A stretch of 5,269 bases of DNA, taken from IMG/VR virus record IMGVR_UViG_2778261641_000005, positions 1 to 5,269 of that record, one strand, 5' to 3'. The position numbers were made by a program, and so were the translations under genes. The stretch is from a virus. Lineage: Duplodnaviria > Heunggongvirae > Uroviricota > Caudoviricetes. The notes beneath the pieces were generated by a model, which was not told where the DNA came from, searched no databases, and saw only the letters and a list, made by a program, of their open reading frames with translations. Shown one piece after another: positions 1-5,269 of the stretch (positions within the stretch are counted from its first letter, which is position 1; each line of letters begins with the position of its first letter).

Positions 1-852
1 CTGGAAATCCTCGGTACATTCATCGCGGGTGTCTGGGTATCCAAGGTTCTGGGGGCTTTCGGAAAAATATCAGGTTTGCCGGTACCGCCATGGTTAAAAG
101 GCTGGATGGCTTATGCTGCTTATTTGTACTCCGATCGCGAAAATATTGGTGCCAGTGCGAAGTCATCCTGGGATTACACGAAACAAAATATTGGAGATTC
201 ATTGCGCTGGCTTGGCATTGATACCGATTTTGGTCGTAATCCTCATACCGTAAAAGGCGCAAATATTCAGTCAGATATTCCAGGTGCTGAGCCGGAACAA
301 CATGCACAGGCTACGAAGCGAGGAGAACGGAATAACAATCCGGGAAACCTTAATTTTGCTGGTCAGGCGGGGGCTTCTCTTGAACGACCGGGCGGGCGAT
401 TTGCCAGATTTGAAACCGCTTTTGATGGATTACGGGCTCTTGCTCGTCAGTTAATGCTGTACGCCGGACGGGGAATAAACAGTGTGGAGAAAATTATCTC
501 TACCTGGGCACCTGCGTCTGATAATAACAACACAACCGCGTATATCAGGGCTGTATCGCAACGACTGGGAGTGGATCCCCGGGCTGCCCTGAATATGAGC
601 GATCCGCAAACCATGTCAGCATTGATGAGCAGCATTATCCAGCATGAGAATGGAAGAAATATCTATTCTCGAGAGCTGATTAATAAGGCTGCCGTGGCGG
701 GAATTAGTGGCAAAGTGACAGAGGTTAACCAGCAAAATACCTACCATATTTACGGTGGCGGAGATCCGCACGCTGTCGGTAATGAGGTTGCACGTCGGCA
801 ACAGTCTGCAAATGCTCAGGTCATGCGAAGTAATCAGGTGAGGGTGGGTTAG
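1..852 (+). CDS. Probable phage tail tape measure protein, C-terminal part (5' end lies outside the window)
   Basis: Frame 1 is open from base 1 (LEILGTFIAGVWVSKVLGAF... precedes the first Met at 76) and stops at TAG 850-852. A hydrophobic segment near the start is typical of tape measure proteins. It sits immediately upstream of coupled baseplate genes. Product assignment rests on position and composition, not on a search. Confidence 0.55.
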   Translation: MEILGTFIAGVWVSKVLGAFGKISGLPVPPWLKGWMAYAAYLYSDRENIGASAKSSWDYTKQNIGDSLRWLGIDTDFGRNPHTVKGANIQSDIPGAEPEQHAQATKRGERNNNPGNLNFAGQAGASLERPGGRFARFETAFDGLRALARQLMLYAGRGINSVEKIISTWAPASDNNNTTAYIRAVSQRLGVDPRAALNMSDPQTMSALMSSIIQHENGRNIYSRELINKAAVAGISGKVTEVNQQNTYHIYGGGDPHAVGNEVARRQQSANAQVMRSNQVRVG

Positions 853-1439
853 TGGATATTCTCTCTACACTTTTTCATCAGCAGAGCAGAAAAATAGGAA
901 TGATTGTTCCCAGTGTTGTTATTTCAGAGAAGCATACAGATATGCTTGAAATAACAGAGCATCCGGTAGAGGTCGGGGCCGCTGTCGCTGATCATGCCTA
1001 TAAAAAACCGTCAGAAGTGGTGATGGAGGTTGGTTTCGCCGGTGGCGGCGCATTGCTGGATTTTGCCAGTAACCTGACGGCTACCAGCCTGCTCGGCCTG
1101 AGTCCTCAGCAGACGTATCAGGAGCTACTGGATCTGCAGGAAAGCCGTATCCCCTTCGATGTGGTAACCGGTAAACGGCTGTACAGCAACATGTTGATCC
1201 GGGCGCTGGAAGTGACGACGGACAAGACAACAGAAAACGTCCTGTCCGCCGTCCTCACCCTGAGGGAGGTCATTATCTCCCGGACACAGCAGATTACCGT
1301 CGCGGATAAAACCAACATGAAGGAAGGGGCCAGCACGTCGGCGGTACAGAACAGCGGCAACAAAACCACAAAACCTCCAGATACTTCACTGCTGAAAAGC
1401 ATCACGGGTAACGTGGCGTCATTACTGGGGGGCGGCTAA
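852..1439 (+). CDS. Phage tail/baseplate-associated protein of unassigned family (195 aa)
   Basis: GTG start overlaps the upstream stop (TAGTG); purine-rich GAGGGTGGG lies just upstream. Long ORF with coding-like composition, co-oriented and coupled to neighbours. No family recognised with certainty. Confidence 0.7.
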   Translation: MDILSTLFHQQSRKIGMIVPSVVISEKHTDMLEITEHPVEVGAAVADHAYKKPSEVVMEVGFAGGGALLDFASNLTATSLLGLSPQQTYQELLDLQESRIPFDVVTGKRLYSNMLIRALEVTTDKTTENVLSAVLTLREVIISRTQQITVADKTNMKEGASTSAVQNSGNKTTKPPDTSLLKSITGNVASLLGGG

Positions 1440-1741
1440 TGACAATTCAGGAAATTCCGCTGACAGCGGACAACCAGCAGTTCAGCATCGTCCTGGGTGG
1501 TGTCACCTGGCGGATTAGCATCATATGGCGCGATCTGTACTGGATTATGGACCTGCAGAACGACAGAGGGGAGCCGGTAATCTCCGGTATTCCTCTCGTC
1601 ACTGGCGCTGACCTGCTGGCGCAGTACGCCTGTATGGGGCTTGGTTTTAAGCTGGTGGTGGTCTGTGATGACAACACACAGGATTACCCCACAAAAACTG
1701 ACCTGGGCGGTCGCAGCCATTTACTGGTATCAACGGAGTAA
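1439..1741 (+). CDS. Small phage tail assembly/baseplate protein of unassigned family (100 aa)
   Basis: ATG overlaps the upstream stop (TAATG), indicating translational coupling. The ORF fills the gap between neighbours exactly. Confidence 0.65.
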   Translation: MTIQEIPLTADNQQFSIVLGGVTWRISIIWRDLYWIMDLQNDRGEPVISGIPLVTGADLLAQYACMGLGFKLVVVCDDNTQDYPTKTDLGGRSHLLVSTE

Positions 1742-1743
1742 GC

Positions 1744-2808
1744 ATGTCACAGAACTGGATGAGACATTTCGAGCTGCAGCTTGTGGACGGGAACGGTCAG
1801 GGAATTGAGCTAAGTGATTTTAAAGTCACCTTTACGATCGACTGGTTCAACATCAGCAGCGCGTCCCGGGTAGGGACTATCAAAATTTATAACCTCTCGG
1901 CAGATACTGTGAACCGAATCACCGGGCAGGAGTTTTCGAAAGTGCGTCTGATTGCCGGTTACGACGGTATCGCGCCGGAGGTGTCGGCAAGCGACGTCGG
2001 GACCGTGCGGGAAGTTGACGCGGCGGACGTGGGTCAGAGTGATGGCCGCAATTACGGGCTGATTTTCAGCGGAGAAATTCGCTACTCGGTCACAGGAAAA
2101 GACAGCCCTATTGATTCCTATGTCCTGATTCAGGCAGCAGATACGGATCTGGCATTTGCCACCAGTATAACCTCGCAGACGCTGGCGGCCGGTTACACGG
2201 TCGCAGATGTGAACCGTGCGCTGATGAAAGACTTTGAGGCCAAAGGCGCGACCGAAGGACTGACGCCTGAAATGCCTGCTACCGTATTCCCTCGAGGGCG
2301 GGTGCTGTTCGGCATGACACGGCATCTTATGGATAACGTGGCCGGACAATGTGGCGCAACATGGCAATTTGTGGACGGTCAGCGCCAGATGGTGGCGAAT
2401 AACGAGTATGTTCACGACGCGATTGTGCTCAACAGAGCCACCGGGCTTATCGGCATGCCGCAGCAGACTATCGGCAACGGTGTAAACGTCCGCGCTCTTA
2501 TTAATCCGAACATCCGGGTTAACGGGCTTATTCAGCTGGATCAGGCTTCCGTGTACCGCACCGCGCTGTCGAACAATGATATTGCGATGGCTGGTGGGCA
2601 GATCACCGACCAGAACACGGACGGAAATATCACGCTCAGCGGCACCACAGCACAACCTGCCAGCATCGCAACGGATGGCGTTTATATTGTGCGCGGGATT
2701 ATGTACACTGGCGATACAAGGGGCCAGGCGTGGTACATGGATATGATGTGCGAAGCGCGTGGCGCGGCGGATCTTCAAAGTCAAGGAGCAATGAATCGGT
2801 GGGGATAA
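1744..2808 (+). CDS. Putative baseplate hub-like protein (354 aa; gp27/gpD/Mu gp44-like position)
   Basis: GGAG at 1734-1737 lies 6 nt upstream of ATG 1744. The ORF starts 2 nt after the upstream stop. Size and position (after tape measure, before spike) fit a hub protein in a contractile-tail baseplate module. Family not confirmed. Confidence 0.75.
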   Translation: MSQNWMRHFELQLVDGNGQGIELSDFKVTFTIDWFNISSASRVGTIKIYNLSADTVNRITGQEFSKVRLIAGYDGIAPEVSASDVGTVREVDAADVGQSDGRNYGLIFSGEIRYSVTGKDSPIDSYVLIQAADTDLAFATSITSQTLAAGYTVADVNRALMKDFEAKGATEGLTPEMPATVFPRGRVLFGMTRHLMDNVAGQCGATWQFVDGQRQMVANNEYVHDAIVLNRATGLIGMPQQTIGNGVNVRALINPNIRVNGLIQLDQASVYRTALSNNDIAMAGGQITDQNTDGNITLSGTTAQPASIATDGVYIVRGIMYTGDTRGQAWYMDMMCEARGAADLQSQGAMNRWG

Positions 2809-2810
2809 GA

Positions 2811-3275
2811 TTGAATAAGAAAGCCATTTTTATTGCAATAAGTTTACTTGTTCCGATGTCGGGATTATCCGCTCCTGGGAAGTATGAAAAAATGGCTGTT
2901 GATTTAATGGATCAGCAAAAGTTTACGCAGTGGCAACATTACGCCTCTGCTACTCCTTTTTTCGCTATGAATGGTCGCAGATTCGCCATGACCATTGATG
3001 ATTTCGCGGATATAGTCAGCAACTCCTTTCAAGAATGCGAAGACCTGGATGCCTACACCAATCGGAAAGGAGCTACGGATGATTGTAAGTCCTATGTTTA
3101 CAAAGGCATAAAGGAGTGGGTAAACCTCTCTCAAGATAAGTCTGTTAGCGATACAGCATGGAAAATGGGCCAGCGCTATGCCTTCAACACACGTAATCCT
3201 ATTGCCCATAAAAACGCATGGGATTTCAATGGGATGGCGGCCGGTATTCGCGTTGCTAAATCTCAAGGTTATTAA
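2811..3275 (+). CDS. Secreted/periplasmic protein of unknown function with N-terminal signal peptide (cargo gene)
   Basis: Proposed TTG start at 2811 gives MNKKAIFIAISLLVPMSGLSAPGKYEK..., a classic positively charged n-region plus hydrophobic core; GGTGGGG lies 7-13 nt upstream. The open frame reaches back to GTG 2730, but that would overlap the hub gene by 78 nt and bury the signal peptide. The mature part has two Cys (QECEDL...DDCKSY) and no recognised motif. The gene is AT-rich relative to the flanking structural genes. Confidence 0.6.
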   Translation: MNKKAIFIAISLLVPMSGLSAPGKYEKMAVDLMDQQKFTQWQHYASATPFFAMNGRRFAMTIDDFADIVSNSFQECEDLDAYTNRKGATDDCKSYVYKGIKEWVNLSQDKSVSDTAWKMGQRYAFNTRNPIAHKNAWDFNGMAAGIRVAKSQGY

Positions 3276-3344
3276 GTCATGGATGCACCGAAAATCATCG
3301 GTTCTTTCCCGTGTAAAAAAGTGGCTGGGCGATGATTTTTGACG

Positions 3345-3360
3345 TCCATAATATTATGGA
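3345..3360. promoter_or_regulatory. Perfect 16-bp palindrome TCCATAATATTATGGA (candidate operator)
   Basis: The sequence is exactly self-complementary. It lies in the AT-rich intergenic region immediately 3' of a TTGACG hexamer (3339-3344). Confidence 0.5.
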
Positions 3361-3437
3361 TGAACTGTTGCCAATTGCGCTAATTTTAACAAAATAATAC
3401 TGGTTAACGCATTTTTTGAACCATCTGTACACAGTAG

Positions 3438-3466
3438 TTGTCTATACTTTACCTTAAAGGTAAACT
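3438..3466 (+). promoter_or_regulatory. Candidate sigma70-like promoter overlapped by a perfect 17-bp palindrome TTTACCTTAAAGGTAAA (3448-3464)
   Basis: TTGTCT (3438-3443), 17-bp spacer, TAAACT (3461-3466); alternatively TATACT at 3443-3448 as the -10. The palindrome has 8-bp arms around a central A and overlaps the -10/+1 area, about 35-60 nt upstream of the ORF starting at 3501. Hexamer matches are imperfect. Confidence 0.35.
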
Positions 3467-3500
3467 CTGCGCTCCACTGATGTTCACTATGGGAGGGGAT

Positions 3501-3740
3501 ATGAGGAAAATCGTTAATCGTTACTTAGCCGCTGCCGGTAGTGTTATGGACATTATGCCGACTACAGATTACTGGCAATATGCTGCTTCTGGATCTGATT
3601 GTCGGGCAATAAGAAGTGATGTTAAAGTCATTGCAAGTGACATGAACAGAGTTATCAGGTATGAGTTCAAAACCCCGCAAGCAGGCGGCCGTTCTCAAAA
3701 AGCATCAGGAAAACAAAGCGTCGCAAAAAGCCGTTCCTGA
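3501..3740 (+). CDS. Small basic hypothetical protein (79 aa); possible regulator or partner of the downstream membrane protein
   Basis: Strong Shine-Dalgarno GGGAGGGG (3491-3498) sits 2-4 nt before ATG 3501. The frame is open from TTG 3438, but the RBS favours 3501. The C-terminus is Lys/Arg/Ser-rich. The last 80 nt overlap the next ORF in another frame, so reality is uncertain. Confidence 0.45.
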   Translation: MRKIVNRYLAAAGSVMDIMPTTDYWQYAASGSDCRAIRSDVKVIASDMNRVIRYEFKTPQAGGRSQKASGKQSVAKSRS

Positions 3741-4233
3741 TTCGGATGGTATCGACGAAGATATTGATTCCTCGGAATATGATGAGTCTCAGGAAGTAGT
3801 GGAAAAGCTGTCTGCAGTTGCCAACCTTGATCCTGAGCTAAAATCGAAGTTAACACCTGAACTTCTTGAGAGAGTTTCTAAGAACCCGAAGGTTATTGCC
3901 ATGTTTCAGCAGGAGTCTTTTCAGGGACCACTCCCACCTCCTGCTATGCTCTTACAATATAATCAAATATTACCCGGCGGCGCTGAGAGAATTTTCAGGC
4001 TAACCGAAAAAGAGCAAGAGCATAGGCATAAGACGCAAAGTGATGCATTACTTGGTGCGGTTTCACGCGACAAACGTGGGCAATGGATGGGATTTTGCAT
4101 TGCAATGGTAGTGCTTATAATGGCTGCGTTTTTTGCTAATCGCGGTAACACTTGGTTCGCAGGTACTCTTGCTACTTTAGATCTCGTAGGATTAACTACA
4201 GTGTTTGTTTATGGTAGGAAGAAACCTAAATAA
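3661..4233 (+). CDS. DUF2335-like predicted membrane protein (190 aa)
   Basis: Contains FQGPLPPPAMLLQYNQILPGGAERIFRLTEKEQEHRHK, which I recall as the hallmark of the DUF2335 family (motif recall, not searched). This is followed by two predicted transmembrane helices (WMGFCIAMVVLIMAAFFA and FAGTLATLDLVGLTTVFVY) and a basic tail GRKKPK. The N-terminus is a charged low-complexity region. ATG 3661 is the only start in the open frame, and its own SD is weak (AGGT). Confidence 0.7.
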   Translation: MSSKPRKQAAVLKKHQENKASQKAVPDSDGIDEDIDSSEYDESQEVVEKLSAVANLDPELKSKLTPELLERVSKNPKVIAMFQQESFQGPLPPPAMLLQYNQILPGGAERIFRLTEKEQEHRHKTQSDALLGAVSRDKRGQWMGFCIAMVVLIMAAFFANRGNTWFAGTLATLDLVGLTTVFVYGRKKPK

Positions 4234-4248
4234 TCCATACATCCTTTC

Positions 4249-4276
4249 AAACCCGCTTCGGCGGGTTTTTTGCTTT
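4249..4276 (+). terminator. Rho-independent terminator
   Basis: Stem AAACCCGC (4249-4256), loop TTCG (4257-4260), stem GCGGGTTT (4261-4268), running into a T tract (4266-4271) then GCTTT. It lies 16 nt after the TAA stop at 4231-4233. Confidence 0.8.
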
Positions 4277-4290
4277 CTGGAGCCTACTAA

Positions 4291-5043
4291 ATGGCCGTAT
4301 CTGACCAAACCCGCAGCGGCGACCTTGCCGAAACATTCAAATCTGAACGGGAAACCACAAAGAACCAGATCCGCGTCGCTTTGCCTGGCATTATTCAGTC
4401 ATTCGATCCTGACGCGGTTACGGCGGTTGTGCAGCCTGCTATCCGTTACGTTGAGATCGATAACGATGGTAACCGGGTGACAAAACCTTACCCGCTGCTG
4501 GTGGATGTTCCCGTGGTATTCCCAACGGCCGGGGGAGTTACTTTAACGTTGCCGGTGAGCCCCGGCGATGAGTGCGAACTTAAGTTTCAAGACCGCTGTA
4601 TTGATTTCTTCTGGCAAAACGGTGGAGTGCAGGAACCTGTCGACGACCGCATACATGACCTGTCCGACGCCACCTGCTCAGTGGGTCAAATATCTCAGCC
4701 CAACAAAATTAAGAATGTCAGCACCACGTCGGCGCAGCTTCGAAGTGTTGATGGAAGTACGTACATCGACCTTAATCCGGATACGCAGAAAATTAAAATC
4801 GTAGCGCCTGGCGGTCTGGATGTAGTTACCCCGCTGGCCGACTTCTCGGCGAAAGTAACCATTCACGGGCTACTGTCCTGGCTGGGTGGAATGGTGGGGT
4901 CTGTTGCTTCTGGAGTTGCATCCAAAATCACCGGCGCTGTCGAGTTTATCGGTACCGTTAAAGCTAACGGCAAGTCAATTGATGATACGCACACGCACGG
5001 CGGGGTTCAGCGAGGCGGAAGCAACACAGACGGGGTGAACTGA
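4291..5043 (+). CDS. Baseplate central spike / baseplate assembly protein V-like (250 aa)
   Basis: GGAG at 4279-4282 lies 8 nt before the ATG. The N-terminal region resembles gpV/Gp138-type spike proteins. The C-terminus has a Gly-rich region ending in DDTHTHGGVQRGGSNTDG, with a His-x-His motif like the apex of P2 gpV-type spikes. Position is directly upstream of the next baseplate gene. Confidence 0.85.
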   Translation: MAVSDQTRSGDLAETFKSERETTKNQIRVALPGIIQSFDPDAVTAVVQPAIRYVEIDNDGNRVTKPYPLLVDVPVVFPTAGGVTLTLPVSPGDECELKFQDRCIDFFWQNGGVQEPVDDRIHDLSDATCSVGQISQPNKIKNVSTTSAQLRSVDGSTYIDLNPDTQKIKIVAPGGLDVVTPLADFSAKVTIHGLLSWLGGMVGSVASGVASKITGAVEFIGTVKANGKSIDDTHTHGGVQRGGSNTDGVN

Positions 5044-5269
5044 TGCGATACAGACGCGAAGACGCCGACGGTGATTACACCTTTGGCAGCGGCGATGATA
5101 CCTGGCTGATTAACTCACCGGAGGCCGTGGCGCAGGCGGTAAAAACGCGATTCGAATTGTGGTATGGGCAATGGTTTCTCGACACCACCGAGGGGACTCC
5201 GTGGATCCAGTCCGTACTCGGTAAGCAGAAGCCGGAAACCTACAACCTGGCGATCCGTAAGCGCATCCT
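5043..5269 (+). CDS. Phage baseplate protein (gpW/gp25-like position), N-terminal part (3' end outside the window)
   Basis: ATG overlaps the spike stop (TGATG). My own translation gives MRYRREDADGDYTFGSGDDTWLINSPEAVAQAVKTRFELWYGQWFLDTTEGTPWIQSVLGKQKPETYNLAIRKRI with no stop to the window end. It is absent from the ORF track only because it is unterminated. Family assigned by position only. Confidence 0.6.
   Translation, partial: MRYRREDADGDYTFGSGDDTWLINSPEAVAQAVKTRFELWYGQWFLDTTEGTPWIQSVLGKQKPETYNLAIRKRI

Noticed and set aside
20-1720. Several 60-95 aa minus-strand ORFs (20-307, 447-635, 616-801, 1118-1405, 1436-1720, 1447-1677)
   Set aside because: All are embedded antisense in the long plus-strand structural genes and are best explained as shadow ORFs.
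1810-2784. 324-aa ORF on the minus strand
   Set aside because: Lies entirely antisense to the 354-aa hub-like gene in a GC-rich region. The product is Arg/Cys/His-rich low-complexity, as expected for a shadow ORF, with no convincing RBS or start context.
2730-2810. GTG 2730 as the start of the secreted-protein ORF (181 aa as in the ORF track)
   Set aside because: It would overlap the hub gene by 78 nt and add an N-terminal extension ahead of the signal peptide. TTG 2811 with an upstream GGTGGGG gives a canonical signal-peptide N-terminus. Kept as an alternative, not excluded.
2904-3266. 120-aa ORF on the minus strand
   Set aside because: Antisense to the signal-peptide protein ORF. The plus-strand ORF has a textbook signal peptide and RBS; the minus-strand product has no recognisable features.
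3288-3312. Possible weak hairpin (ACCGA-aaatca-TCGGT) after the secreted-protein gene as a terminator
   Set aside because: Only a 5-bp stem of moderate GC with a poor T tract (TCTTTCCC). Too weak to call a terminator with confidence.
3425-3434. CTGTACACAG resembling LexA-box half-sites (CTGT...ACAG)
   Set aside because: The spacing between CTGT and ACAG is 2 nt, not the 8 nt of an enterobacterial SOS box, so it is unlikely to be a LexA site.
3438-3500. TTG 3438 (or ATG 3480/3489) as the start of the small ORF (100 aa as in the ORF track)
   Set aside because: The strong SD GGGAGGGG sits directly before ATG 3501. The upstream extension would run through the palindrome and candidate promoter.
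4205-4804. Plus-strand ORFs 4205-4480 (91 aa) and 4568-4804 (78 aa), and minus-strand 4678-4866
   Set aside because: Out-of-frame overlaps with the well-supported spike gene (4291-5043). The first also runs through the intrinsic terminator. No independent support.
1-5269. CRISPR array, tRNA/rRNA genes, integrase/transposase or insertion-sequence ends flanking the cargo
   Set aside because: No repeat-spacer periodicity, no tRNA-like structure and no recombinase-like ORF were seen. No direct repeats were evident at the cargo junctions (2800-2815 versus 4270-4295), so the insertion mechanism cannot be inferred from this window.

Overview
All supported genes are on the + strand and read as the late tail/baseplate morphogenesis operon of a contractile-tailed (myovirus-type) prophage, probably from an enterobacterial host (inferred from codon usage and GC feel, not searched). 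The order is: 3' end of a probable tape-measure gene (1-852), three translationally coupled tail/baseplate genes (852-1439, 1439-1741, 1744-2808), and later a gpV-like central spike gene (4291-5043) followed by the start of the next baseplate gene (5043-end). Between the 354-aa hub-like gene and the spike gene sits a ~1.5 kb block (about 2809-4290) that is visibly more AT-rich by eye than its flanks. It encodes a signal-peptide protein with no family I recognise, an AT-rich intergenic region with two perfect palindromes and a candidate promoter, a small basic ORF, a DUF2335-like two-helix membrane protein, and a strong intrinsic terminator. I interpret this block as horizontally acquired cargo (a moron-like unit) inside the structural operon and the best candidate for an undescribed accessory system, possibly phage defence or superinfection exclusion. 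All family assignments are from motif recall, not from database searches. No rRNA, tRNA, CRISPR array, integrase or transposase was seen.
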